Source: Eledone cirrhosa (lineage: Eukaryota). Taken from it: a stretch of 64,000 nt of DNA. Location: NCBI GenBank assembly GCA_964016885.1, contig OZ024742.1, positions 100,130,001-100,194,000 of the forward strand, read 5' to 3'. The notes under the pieces are model-generated. The model did not search any database, had not been told where the DNA came from, and was given only the letters and a program-made list of their open reading frames with translations. Both the position numbers and the translations under genes were made by a program. Positions 1 to 13,030 of the stretch are shown here, piece by piece; within the stretch, counting starts at the first letter, position 1, and each line of letters starts with the position of its first letter.

Positions 1-155
1 CAATGATAACTCGTTTCTATGAACCGAAATTGTACTGCCCAAGTTCATATCTATCTATTGATATTATCTAGAGTGATCGAATTTCATTAGTTTGTAATTC
101 GCATATTTCCAAATTTTCAAATTTCAATCTCCCCGTGCTTCATTATTTCATAAAC

Positions 156-187
156 GCTGGCCTTGTGCCAAAAGTAGAAACAATTAT
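156..187 (+). mobile_element. 3' tail fragment of the dominant tRNA-derived SINE family
   Basis: gctggccttgtgccaaaagtagaaacaattat matches the 3' end of the full copy at 41812-42003. Confidence 0.7.
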
Positions 188-1914
188 TTCATAAGATTTT
201 GTTACTTCTGGCTTTTAATTGTAATGGACGGAAAGCGATGTCACTTACACCCTTAACGTAAAGACAACTTACTCGCACAGGATTCGAAAGATACTGGGTT
301 CGAATCTTCATAGGCGATTCAGGTCATCTATTGCCAATAATGATCGACTGCCGCTACAGCAATGTAGTGGGAGTGGACCTTGTCTATAAGCCAACAAGGT
401 GAACGCAACGGACAGGTTCCGATCTGGTTAGATCTCACAGCAGATTGGTTAGACTAGTAACGCCAAATATAGATTTAGGGAAGGATAAATATATAAGGCG
501 TTGATTATATGGTTAAACTAATGGCAGATGTGAAAATTCATGGGAGAAGCGCACAGCATATCCATATACACCGTTGCTACTAAGAGTTTCTTGCCACATG
601 CACTCGATCAGGCAATTTACTGGATAGACAAGAATTATTTCATCTATAAGTTATTAACTAACCCCGAGGAAATGTCACCCTTTAATTAGAAACATCTTTC
701 AAGTACTAATGATCAATAAGACGTATTAAATGTTTTATTTATTAACGATATACCAGTACATACACATAAAAGTAATTTATTCGTCCGAGATTTTAAAAGA
801 AAAAACATTCGGTCTCTCTCGCTCTCTTGCTTTCTCCCACTTTTTACCATTTTCTCTTCCTTCTCCCCCTGTCTCTCTCACACATACATGCACATGCGCA
901 CGAACATACATACACATCCATTCCTATTAATTTTACACGAAATATACAACAGCTTTCATGTAAAGGATGTGCGTGAGTGGATGATACTCTCTGCAGGAAT
1001 TTCTCAAATCGTCCTTTATATTGGTTTCAGGGACTTAAGCTTGTGAGATATTATGCATGAGAAATGCAATATTTTATTCGTTTGTCAGGTTTGTAAATAT
1101 TTCTAGTGCAGTTATTAAGATTGCCAACAAAGCAATTATGCGTTATATTATTGCCCCTTGCTATATATCCTAGCACATCATTTCTCAAAGTATGTATCGT
1201 GAGATGAATTGAATGCAACACGAATAAAACAGATTCCCTTTCTAAATGTGAAAAATACAAATTGAATTTCGTACTAAAATTAATATATAACTGACAAGGT
1301 GGTGAAACAACTAAATTAAGAATAAAATCATTCCCCCCCCCCCCTCCCCCCCATACACACTCACATACCAAAGAAATAACAACACCAAGCGCATGATACT
1401 CATTGGTACTTTTGTTCCGTTTATTGATTAAAGAAAGTACAAATAATTTTCTTTTATGTTTCACTATATATATTCCTGTTTTATGCTATGCTAATATGTA
1501 TAAATATCTCTTTTGAAAAAATTCAGGTACAAAGTAGACTAAAATATTTTTAGATTTTCTAAAGTGAACCATGAGTAAAACAAAAGGACGGGAGCACTTC
1601 CCTAACACATAATCCGTGGATATTTATAATTATTGCCAACGAATTTGTAGCTAAAATAGTGCTGGTACCATTTTAACTGGAAAATTGAAAATTTGACTCA
1701 TGTATCAGTGTAAGATCCAAGTGAAAATAAATAAAACACATACACACGCGTGTGTGGTGAAGGATATATATATATATATATGGGGGGGGGCGTGTGTGTG
1801 TGTGTGTGTATCACGCTCTTCTGCCTCTCTCTCTATTGAACTCGTATACACACATAGAAATACGCGTGTGTGTGTGTGTGTGTGTGTATCACGTTCTTCT
1901 GCCACTCTCTCTCT

Positions 1915-1961
<47 letters not shown>

Positions 1962-1966
<5 letters not shown>

Positions 1967-2185
1967 AACAAGTAAGACCCCGACGGCTGAGCTCAAGCCG
2001 TTTCGACGGCTAATTCTGTACTGAATTAGCCGTCGAAACGGCTAATTCTGTACAGAATTAGCCGTCGAAACGGCTTGAGCTCAGCCGTCGGGGTCTTACT
2101 TGTTCCTATTACCCACTCTACTACCCTAAGTATTGAGTACTTTGGTGCGTTATGGTCCACCTGGTTCCTTACCACATTTCCTTCG

Positions 2186-2188
<3 letters not shown>
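1962..2188. mobile_element. Small fold-back element (palindrome plus ~80-bp unique tail) in (TA)n
   Basis: Palindrome 1962-2109 (ataggaacaagtaagaccccgacggctgagctcaagccgtttcgacggctaattctg...) with duplicated apex; the tail attacccactctactaccc...ccttcgtta recurs at 21253-21457, 21536-21748 and 50712-51135. Confidence 0.75.
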
Positions 2189-2248
<60 letters not shown>

Positions 2249-2557
2249 TGGTCCCGTAACTCTTGAGGGAATCGTAGGGGCGCTGTATTTATATACGGAG
2301 TTTCTAATGCATTTTAAAACTTGGTGGAGTGCAATCCTCTCCTGGTTTAATACAGTAGAGTTCATTCAGAGAAGTATTGAGAGAATGAGAGAATGCAAGT
2401 GAGAAAGAGAGGGAGAATCGACCCCACTGCTAGACTGATGCAAAATTGACCTCGACGTCATTTGAACTCAGGGAGCATTGAGTCGAAACGATTACCGCCA
2501 AACATTCTATCCGATTTTCTAACGACTCTACCAATTCGTCAATATATACATATACGT

Positions 2558-2590
<33 letters not shown>

Positions 2591-2637
2591 CGTACATACA
2601 CACATACACACATACATATATATATATATACGTACAT

Positions 2638-2685
<48 letters not shown>

Positions 2686-2752
2686 GTACATACACACACA
2701 CACACATATATATATATTGTTATATATATACATACATATACACACACACACA

Positions 2753-2838
<86 letters not shown>

Positions 2839-3177
2839 CAAGGTTAATCTGAATGATGAAAAATCTTTTCATTTAGTAAGACACAGAAAGCAATAAATGC
2901 AATAAATAGAAGATATTTTATTAACAGCAGGCTGTATAATTAAAAGGTTATTCAATAAAGATGACAGTAAATATTTAATCAAACACCTTTCTTTTCATTA
3001 TGCTATCACACGTTATAAACGACCTTCTAAATTATGGAGACACATTCTAAAGTTCAACTCGAAGACATTCCTTTGTTTCTTTAATTCTCACTAATTCAAC
3101 ACGTTCTCACTTCTCAGATTTTGCTTAACCATTTTGTGACCACATTTCCAATGTATCTGAACACACAGACACACACA

Positions 3178-3262
<85 letters not shown>

Positions 3263-3263
<1 letters not shown>

Positions 3264-3916
3264 ACGTGAGGTATATGATTTTTAATGCAATGAAATACCT
3301 ATGACCGTTGGTAAATCACTGATGAGGGACTCATTTTATAACATGTTATCCATGTGCAACCATGCAGTATTCTTCTCCCCATTTTTTCACATTTATTTAC
3401 CTAAACTGCGATTCTGTTTTTCTTCCTCTCTCTCTTACTGCTCCCTCGTTCTCTCTGTTTCTCTTACTTTCTTTCGTCCCCTCTGTCATGTCAGTTAACA
3501 CTTTCTCTCTACTGACCTCTTCCTCACACTTCCACTCACTCACTCACTGTTTCTCCCCTTCTCACTTCCCCCCGTTCGCGACGTTAACGATTTTCCTTCT
3601 TTCTTACATCGGATTCATCTCGAAAGGTCTATTTTCTACTCGCTCATATATTCACCCAGCTTATACTGATAGAATAACTATGTAGCTTGTGCCTCTTCCT
3701 ATCTTCGGTTAGCTTTCCTCTGTGTTGTTTACTTGTCTCACTCGCTTTACGCGTTTTAATTGTCCTAATAACTTATTTTAGTTATTATTGCGCCAACGTG
3801 AGGTATATGATTTTTAATGCAATGAAATACCTATGACCGTTGGTAAATCACTGATGAGGGACTCATTTTATAACATGTTATCCATGTGCAACCATGCAGT
3901 ATTCTTCTCCCCATTT

Positions 3917-3921
<5 letters not shown>
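3263..3921. repeat. 659-bp unit with identical 127-bp direct terminal repeats between microsatellites
   Basis: 3263-3389 equals 3795-3921 by direct comparison; flanked by (CA)n/(TA)n. Confidence 0.85.
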
Positions 3922-3979
<58 letters not shown>

Positions 3980-4037
3980 TATATATATATAGATGTGTGT
4001 GTATAGATATAGATATATATATATGTACATAAATATA

Positions 4038-4087
<50 letters not shown>

Positions 4088-4253
4088 AACTATGAAGTTT
4101 CGTTATTTAGATTTTTATTGTGTTTCGAAGAGGATTGGCTCGGGGGTCACCCATAGAAGTTATGGACTGTCTTCTATTATCGATCTGCTCTTCAACTGGT
4201 GATCCGACAAAAAATATGGTGTTCATACTATATAAATATATGTGAGAGAGAGA

Positions 4254-4300
<47 letters not shown>

Positions 4301-4559
4301 GATTCACATGTGCCTGCGTGCGAGAATGCGCGCGTGTTGGTATGTGATTTGGACATTGAAAGTCTAACTTTTGTGTAAACAGGAAGCTGAATGGGAGGGT
4401 GGCAGTATTGGCGTGTGTGAGGTTTGGCGGGTCACGCTAGGATGACCCAAAATAAGGTCATTGCATCAGTAGTGACAATTCACACTTGACGACTACGGCC
4501 ACAAGGGAAACGAATAAATAAATAAATAAATTGATGAACGAATTTGTTCGTACAGAGCG

Positions 4560-4805
4560 TAATAATAATTGTTTCTACTTTAGGCACAAGGCCAGCATTC
4601 AACCAGTGCATTACTGGTACTTAATAATAATTGTTTCTACTGTTGGCACAAGGCCAGAAATTATGCCAGTACATTACTGGTACTTTATTTGATTGACCTA
4701 TTAAGGATAAAAGGCAAAGTTAACCTCGGCGGGATTTGAACTCATCTGTAAAGGGTCGTAACTCTATGCGGCAAAGAATGGTGTCCGACCCTCTAATCGC
4801 AATAA
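4560..4805 (-). mobile_element. tRNA-derived SINE with duplicated 3' tail
   Basis: Reverse complement of B box (ggatttgaactc), central ataaaaggcaaagttaacctcggcgg, two tails aataattgtttctact..ggcacaaggccag. Confidence 0.8.
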
Positions 4806-5225
4806 CAATAGCAACGACATGTATATATATATGTGTTTGTACACACACAAACACATATATATAGCTTCACGCATATACCCATGCATACACGCATATATAC
4901 CGTCGCCCAGACGTACACACACATGGGCGTGCATATATACATATAGATACATACAGACATGTATAAATACACATACCTATATATGTATATATTTTTATTA
5001 TATACCTTCCAGGGCGGTAGAAGCATTTATGAATTGAGGGGGCCAAATTTGGACAATTTAGTTGTAGTGATTAGTTTAGCTCTTTGCATCTAATATGGTC
5101 AGAAAACTTCGATACGCGATAAACATAATGTACATAAATTGTAGCGCATATCCAGATGTGTGTTTTGGTAGTTTGGGGAGAAAGTATAATTATTGGAGAA
5201 GGCATGTGCCCTCCCAGTTCCACCG

Positions 5226-5290
<65 letters not shown>

Positions 5291-5414
5291 ATGTTTTTAA
5301 ACTTATGCCCTGTGCCATTCATTTCCTAAGGGGTTAGTATATCGAACTTCACGGCATTTGGTAAGTGGTATTATACCCAAATTATTAATCTCCTATAAAT
5401 AATATATACATTCA

Positions 5415-5538
5415 TTTATTATGGCTATTGGTGAGCTTTGTTACTCTAAAGTTTCACCTGCGCACTCACAGTATCACTATTCTTGTCTGGTGAGTACACA
5501 GGTGGGACTCCTGAGTAACAAGGTTTAGCCATAATAAA
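5415..5538. repeat. Imperfect inverted repeat (hairpin)
   Basis: tttattatggcta..tgttactc..tcacctgcgcactcac pairs with gtgagtacacaggtggga..gagtaaca..tagccataataaa. Confidence 0.65.
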
Positions 5539-5879
5539 CAAATATTTAAACTCTACTTCGGTATTGAGTTGTCATTATTACGTCCGTCAATGATTCACGT
5601 ACTCTCAGGTCTTGAATAATCGCCCCCATCCCGGTTTTTATTCCTCCCCCACCCGCTTATTAAATTTTTCTAATCTATCTGCGGCGAAATTATATTGTAA
5701 GTGGTTCATATTGATACAACAGCTGGATAATCTAATAATTTTATTTTACATTAAAAAAAACATTATATATGACAAAAGAATATTACAAGAAATCCCATAT
5801 TTACGAACATACACTATACAATTACTGATTTCTTAAGGTTCCACCCCAATTATTACCACCCCTCCTATTATATGGGACC

Positions 5880-6434
5880 CGAGAGTGCCACCAAAAACTC
5901 CTCCTCTCTATGTGTGTCACAGAAAACTCTCTTTTAAACCCCCTCTCTGTAACTACTATAACCAAACTATACCCCTCCATATATCTACCACTACAGCGCC
6001 TCTCTTATCCCATTCTCTATGTCTAAAACTAATACTCTCACTCACTCTCTATAAATATCTACACTAATCTGTCCCAATCCCCCTCTGTATATCAATCACA
6101 CCTAACCCCCCCTCCCCCTACGACACTTTGCTATTATCCCTCCCTGTATAACAAGCACCAAATTCTCCCCCTCTCTATATTTACTACACGAAACTCCCTT
6201 CCAATACTCCTCTCTATATCAAGAAATACCAAACTATCCCCCTCTATATCTACCATACAACTGTCTCTCTCTCATTTTCTCTCACTCTACCCATCACTAT
6301 AAAATTCTCCCTTATCTACAATTATCAAAACCTATCTCTATTACTCCTCTCCCTCTATTCATTACAACCAAACTCTCCCCCTCTCTATATCAACCATACA
6401 ACATACTCTTCCAAACCCGCTCTCTATATCAATT
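5880..6434. repeat. Degenerate ~30-35-bp C/T-rich minisatellite (left flank of LINE)
   Basis: Recurrent ccaaactc(t)ccccctctctatatc(a/t)ac.acac units; the same units resume at 12129-12250. Confidence 0.75.
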
Positions 6435-6507
6435 ACCACTTGATATAGACGTGATTTACTTTGCTCCGGATTTTTGCGGATTGTTGTAAAAAAGAACTGG
6501 GAGTTTA

Positions 6508-8409
6508 TTGATCAATTTAATAACATTGTTTGGTTTAGCCCCTTGCCTTGGCCGTCGGACGTTAAGTCAACAAATTTTCGCCCCTTTTTGGGGCGAAATT
6601 TTCAATTTTCATCTAAAAACTGTAGACTTGGTGGCAATGGATGCCATTTCCACCTCGCACACTGTCGTGAGTGCCACGCCCACTAAGAAAAGTGGTGGAG
6701 GGAAGGTAGGAGTACAAAGCTTGCAGCCGTCTCCCCTCGCATCATCGAAAAACGTGGAAAATATCGAAACCGCGAAACCAAACCCGGCAAATAATACCAG
6801 CACCAACAACAAGAACAATGACAATAACACCACAACCAACAACTGCAACAATAGCAACACCAATATTACCAACAGTGACAGTAACACGAAAGACAACAAC
6901 ACCAAAACAACATTCGCACAGACCGTAAAAAAAAACGAACTATACACGCCAATAGACATAACAAATGCTAAACAACTATTACAAGACGCAAAACAATTCG
7001 TGACTTTTGGCGAAAACGGTGCTTTTAGCATCAATTCTCCACAGGAATTACGTAGAGAGGCTGTCCTGAAAACTGTGGTTTTCAGGACAATATCGAACGT
7101 AACAAGAAAACCAGCTCAATTATCACAAAATGAAATTGAGCTGGTTCTAAAAGACGCAATGAAGGACTTAACCTTCATACAAAAAGGTAAACTGTTTGGT
7201 AGCATTTCGGTGCTGATGAACAACCAGTCAACAGCTCAAAAGTACTCGGTAGCACCCATTGTGTCCCCCCGCTTCACCTTTTACCCCACATACAGGGGGA
7301 AAAGGACACAAAGAATAAAAATAATGAGTATCACACCAAATGTAAACATTTGGTGGATACTATGTGGAATAATTAACTTTGACGAAGACAAGATAATTTC
7401 AATAGGAAAGTCCTCCGGAGGTGTATTTTGTGGGACCACCGTAGAAGTTCTGGTGCAAATGAGCCCAGAACGAATAGCGAATATCCCACAACGCGTGCCT
7501 CTGGACGGGCTAACTTATATAAACATTTCAGTGGAGGGAAGGCGGCCGTCATGTTACCACTGCTTAAGCAGGGGTCACCTGAGGGCTGCCTGTCCTCAAT
7601 TAACGAGTCAAAAAAAAAAGGCTCTTCTGCCAACCCCGAACACAACAACACAACCACCACCACCAACACCACCACAACAACACGGAAAAATAACAACACA
7701 AAACACTGTTCCACCCAACCCCTCCCCACCTAAAACAAATACAAAAGCAACCACAACAAAACCCCAAAATATACCCCTCCCCAACAACACGGAAGAGGAC
7801 TCCGTATCAACGTCACCCAGTGACGACGAGGGAGAGCCCTTTCAACAGGTGAAAAGGAAAAAAAAAAGGCACCACATGAACAAAAATGCCACAAAAACAC
7901 AACCACCAGCACAAACAGAACAAACATCACAAATAAAAGAACCCACCCCTCCCCAAAACATAACACGTACTACAAAACGCAAACACGCGCAAGAACAACA
8001 AACAAAAACAAACACAACACAACAAAAACTCTATACATACATTAACAAGAACAATTAAACGTTGATGAAAACGATAGAAAATAACCCTTCGGTGGAAACC
8101 GAAGGGATCACTTTCACCTACGCAGCGAACAAACCGCACCTAATGATGATTAGGGTCCCAACGGAAACCTATGTAACTTTGAAAAAGAACCATCCAATGC
8201 ATGTGGGGACCAACTGCACCAAACCACATAACAGCGTCCTATTGAGATGTTTCGCCACCCCCACACCAGACACCCACACCCCACCAAACACCCTAATCCC
8301 ACCACACACTGATGTCATCACCCCACCACAAACCACCACCCCACCAAACAACCCTTCCAACACCCCCATGGAAATTGTGCAGCCTGGTCCCCAGGAGACG
8401 AAGAGGTAA
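6508..8409 (+). pseudogene. LINE ORF1 (nucleic-acid-binding, zinc knuckle), one premature stop
   Basis: CYHCLSRGHLRAAC (CX2CX4HX4C); basic KRKKKR tract after acidic SDDEGE; ORFs 6508-8058 and 8062-8409 are in one frame split by TAA 8056-8058; true start may be ATG 6637. Confidence 0.85.
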
Positions 8410-8451
8410 GTAATTTCCTTTCCTCTTCCTTTTTACCTCTTCAGCACCAAC

Positions 8452-11400
8452 ATGGCCAATATAAGAGTTGGATGTGTGAATGCACGCGGCTTGGGGATGT
8501 CCTGGAAACAGGTCAAACTCTTAAATGACCTCAGGTCGCACAGAGTGGATGTAATGGTTATTTGCGAGTCCAGGATTAGCAGCGAGCGCCAACTGGCCCC
8601 CATCTTCGACGAATTTGAGATCTACGCATCTCTCTGTCAGCCGAGGGGTGGGGATGGGGTTGTCGTTCTGCTGCGAAAATACCTGCGTCTTGCCACATAG
8701 AAGGTACACCTGGACCCGGAGGGTCGACTGGTGGTTTTAGACGTCGGCAGTGGTGAAGGTGGAGCTTTCAAGCTGGTGGTAGCGTATGCCCCATCTGGGA
8801 CACCGCGACCGGCCTTCTTCCGACGCCTGGAGAATTTCCTGGGAACGTCTCGCTCCTTGCTTTTAGCGGGGGACTGGAATGGTATCCTGGATGCACGTTG
8901 GGACTATGTAGGGGCATGTCCCGATACAGGGGGGTGTAACAGCCTCAAATGATTAATCGGCCGATTTGATCTGGCCGATAGATATCGACTGGATTTTCCG
9001 ACTGTGCCACGGTGGACGTGGAGTAATCGTAGCGGAACATCCAGGTCGTACCTAGATAGGTTCCTAGTTAGAAATAAGGATAGGGACATATTAAGCTGTC
9101 CACGAATGTTCATGGTTGACTATTCGGATCACAAGTTGTTGACCGGAGTGGTCAACCTTGATAGAACTCATAGACAGGGACCCGGTTACTGGAAGCTAAA
9201 CTTGTCTTTACCGACAAACAAAGCTTACAGTAAGCGGATTAGCACACTAGTTAAGCAGCGTTTGACGGGGGAAATTGTCAACAGGAGGTGGTGGGGCTCT
9301 CTCAAGAGAGAAATTAGAATAGAATCGATAGGTTTTAGTCGGGAATTAGCATCAGATAGGAATAGAACTGAAAGGAAATTAACAAATAGAGTATTAGAGG
9401 CGATTAGGAGTGCCAACGTGGCCGGCGTGCTGGCGTCAAGAACGGCCCTAGACCAGTTCTTTTATGCGAAGCACGAGGACTTCGTTGTCAGGAGTAAAAT
9501 ACGTGCTCTGGGTAACGAGGGAGCCAAAGCTGTTAGCTGGGCCCGAGTGACAGAGGCAAAAAGTGGAAACAAGTCCACGATTCGGTCTTTGAAGGACCAG
9601 GATGGACGCGTGATCCTTGAACCTGAGCGGATGAGCGCGGCCTTTCAACGGCGCTTTGCACGACTGTTCGGGAGGGGCAGCGGGCCGGGTGGGGCCATGG
9701 ATTTCGGTCCATACCTCGACGGTCTGGCGCGGCTCTCGGACGGGGAGGCGAAGTCCTGCGAGAGGTTGATTTCAGCCGCTGAAATAGGGGAAGCGCTGAG
9801 CCAATGCGGCAAACGCAAATCTCCGAGTCTCGATGGTCTACCATACGAACTTTATGTAGCGATGCCGGGCTTGTTCTCCGGTCTCCTCGAGGCGGTCTAC
9901 TGCAACTGGCAACAGAACGGGAGAATTCTCAGTTCTGTGACCAAGGGCGTAGTCACGCTGGTGAGTAAGGACGAGAACAAGGGGGATGACATAGATAACT
10001 TCAGGCCCATAACTCTGCTAAACACAGAGTTAAAGATTTTGGCTAAGGTGTTAGCGAAGAGGTTGGCGTTTGTCGTCGGGAACCTGGTGGGAGAAGCGCA
10101 GACATGCGCAATCCCGTCTAGGTCCATACACGACAACCTCCACCTCATGCGATACATCGTAGAGAGGGTAGGGAACGAACCCGGCTTTGGTGGGGCCCTG
10201 ATCAACTTGGATCAATCTAAAGCGTTCGATAGGGTTGACTATCGGTACCTGGATGCGGTGCTCGCGGCGGCAGACTTCGGTCCCGTTTTCAGGGGCTGGA
10301 TTGCTGCAATGCACAGCAACAACACCTGCTCTAGGGTCAAGGTGAACGGCTACCTATCGGAGCCGTTCCAAATCACGCGATCCATTCGACAGGGATGCCC
10401 TCTCTCCTCCCTCCTGTATGTGCTGGCTCTCGAGCCACTACTGAGGAAACTGGAGCTGTTGCAGGGCATCCCCTTGGAACCGGGATTGCGGAAAGCGGTG
10501 TCGGCCTACGCCGATGACGTGACAGTAATGGTGTCGTGCGCCTCGGAAATCGGGCAGATCGGCACCTTACTGGAGGAATACGAAAGGTTCACAGGAGCCA
10601 AGCTGAACCGGGACAAGTCTGTCGGTTTGCAACTCGGGACGTGGAGGGGCAAAACGATGGCCCCCGACGGCATCGTCGGATGCTGGACGGAGGGACCGGT
10701 GAAGCTGCTCGGGGTCTGGTTCGGACCGGACCTCCAGGTGGAGAAAAACTGGGACGAGGTAACGGGCAAGGTGTTTGCACTCGCCCAGAAGTGGGCCGAG
10801 TGCAAACTATCCCTGAAAGGTCGAGCGGAGGTGGCGAACGCTTATATAGTGTCTGTCATCTACTACCGCTTGACCGTCGTGCCTTGCCCAGAGAAAACCC
10901 TCGCCAAAATGGAGCGCGCGCTCTTCCGATTTCTTTGGAAGAAGCGAGCTCCTTTGGTGAGATGATCCATCTGCTGTCAACACCCTTCGAACAGAGGGCT
11001 GGGGATGCTGTGGATGACGATGCGTAGACACGCATTAAGGCTACGGCATCTCTACGTATTCCTCACCGGTCAGCCGGTGTGGGCCCTGTTTGTGAGGCGA
11101 GCCTTTCCGAGACTCGTCTCACTCACCGAGCTGCAATCCTGGGTCAAGCAAAGACCGAGTAAAGTGGGCGACTGGCACATTGAATGTGCCCAGGCTCACG
11201 GCCCTCTGGCAAGCGGATCCGGCAATCAGTGGAGACTCAACCTCAACATTCTATAGAGGGTTGGTGCGCAGTAAGTGCGACGACGCTCTCGGAGAGGCTC
11301 TGGGCATGGAGGAAGACGAGCTGGCCAGTCTGTTCGGTAGGACGTTTGGCCCGGGAGCGATGGACAACTTCCAAAAGTCCCTGGCTTGGCAATGTTACCG

Positions 11401-11875
11401 AGGAGATCTACCCGTTCGGGACAAGCTCTACAGACACGGGCGCCCGGGTAGGGACCCCTCAAAGAAGATCTGTCCAAGATGCGTGCGTGACGAGGAAACC
11501 GTCGCACACGCATTCGTACACTGCCCGGGCGTTGCTGACCTGTGGGGCTATGTAGAACGACTACTGTCGCGGGTGGGACCAATCCGGTTGACCACCGAGA
11601 ACATTGTCACAATCAAACAGCCTCCCCCTTTCAAAAACGAAGGAGAGGCGGTTTACCTCTGTGTGATAGCCATGGCGAAAGAAGTTGTATGGTGGACAAG
11701 GTTGAAAGGGCTGAGGTCAGACACCTTTCTCTCCGGCCAACAACTGGTCTTTATTTTCAAGTACCACTTTGGAAGAAGGATCAGAATGGAGAGAGAGGTG
11801 ATCTACCCCAGCAAGTTTTATGAAAGATGGGTGAAAGGAGCGAGAATGGCCCGAGTGAATGAGCCTTCTCTCTAA
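8452..11875 (+). pseudogene. LINE ORF2: AP-endonuclease, reverse transcriptase, zinc finger; 3 stops and 1 frameshift
   Basis: APE motifs NARGL, AYAP, AGDWN, SYLDRF, SDH; GPGYWKLN linker; RT motifs FRPITLLN, DQSKAFDRV, RQGCPLS, YADD; CPRC..ETVAHAFVHC; in-frame stops 8698, 8950, 10963; frameshift near 11190-11200. Confidence 0.95.
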
Positions 11876-12128
11876 ATCAGCCTGTAGTTGAGAGAGGAGA
11901 AGAATGAGAAGAGGAAGGAAGCACCCGCTCTTTGTGCTCCTGAAGAGGAGGGTTGTACATTTTTTCGGGGGTGTGTGCGACCCATGTCAACGCCCCTCCC
12001 TATTGAGGACATCGATTGTTAAATTTAATTTGTTATATGTTTTTTACACGTCTTTTTAAATGTATGTAAACTCCCCCCTTTGTATTTGTCCCAATCTTTG
12101 ATGCCCTGGTGGCAAATAAATAGAAATA

Positions 12129-12250
12129 TATATCAATTGACCCAAACTCCCCGCCTCTCTATATCTAATACACGGATCTCTCTTCCAAACCGACTCTCTA
12201 TATCATTTAACACCAAACTCTCACCCCTCTCTATATCTACTACACAGAAA
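12129..12250. repeat. Continuation of the C/T-rich minisatellite (right flank of LINE)
   Basis: ccaaactccccgcctctctatatc, ccaaaccgactctctatatc, ccaaactctcacccctctctatatc. Confidence 0.75.
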
Positions 12251-12319
12251 TGCGAAACACATAATTATCATTCAAGAATCTTCAAGTTCGAATGAAACAT
12301 ATACACTCTGCTTTATATA

Positions 12320-12600
12320 TCGAGTAGATATTGCTCCAGCGGCAACCTGGTGCCGTCTGCGACTAACCTAGGTTCTGCTACACTTCGGGCTGAGGACGGT
12401 AAACTCTTCAAGTATTGGTCGTTCTACGACAGGTTTGCAGTCGAACCCCTACTTACCACCATAGGCGCTGAGCTGGCTAGCCGCAGATGTGAGCTTCACG
12501 AGATGGAATGGTTCTTCCAGCGTATCTCCCTTACCATCCTCCGAGAAAACGCCTTCTCCATTCTGTCAACTGGGGCCGTAGGACGGCCAGCACGTTGGAC
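12320..12600 (+). mobile_element. CRE-clade (RLE) non-LTR retrotransposon 3' fragment
   Basis: SATLRAEDGKLFKY..FAVE..EMEWFFQRISLTILRENAFSIL resembles the CRE C-terminus (AE.xKxxKY ... QRISxAIQRGNA). Confidence 0.7.
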
Positions 12601-12871
12601 CCCAATTGCTCACAATAAAGAGAAATGGGGAGGGCGAGAAAGATGGGGGCGATGACAGTGGGAGTTCGGCTCTTCTGTGTTCGGGCCTGATGTGCAGCTT
12701 CAGTTGTATGCAAGGAGGTAGTGATTCATAATTACTTATAACTAGTCTTATTTTTACCTTCTCATTAACTTATCCTGAGAATGTTCACTTGTCCAAATAT
12801 GTAACATATATGTGTACTTCTGTGCCTGTGTGTTTTCCCTCATGAGTGAGCATATGTGTGTATGTGCTTAA

Positions 12872-12949
<78 letters not shown>

Positions 12950-13030
12950 CTCTTTCTATCTATCTATCTATCTGTATATATATATATATATATATGTGTA
13001 TATATATAATATATATATGTATATATATAT

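Larger units (their letters stand above)
6435..12128 (+). mobile_element. Near full-length Tx1/L1-clade non-LTR retrotransposon (inactivated)
   Basis: ORF1 with CCHC knuckle, ORF2 with APE + RT + C-terminal zinc finger, AATAAA at 12115-12120, TSD TATATCAATT at 6425-6434 and 12129-12138. Confidence 0.93.

Noticed and set aside
3319-3340. CTGATGAG as hammerhead core
   Set aside because: No correctly placed GAAA or stem III/NUH found
9004-10965. 653-aa ORF as an intact active RT gene
   Set aside because: Only a stop-bounded piece of ORF2; the endonuclease and C-terminus are disrupted
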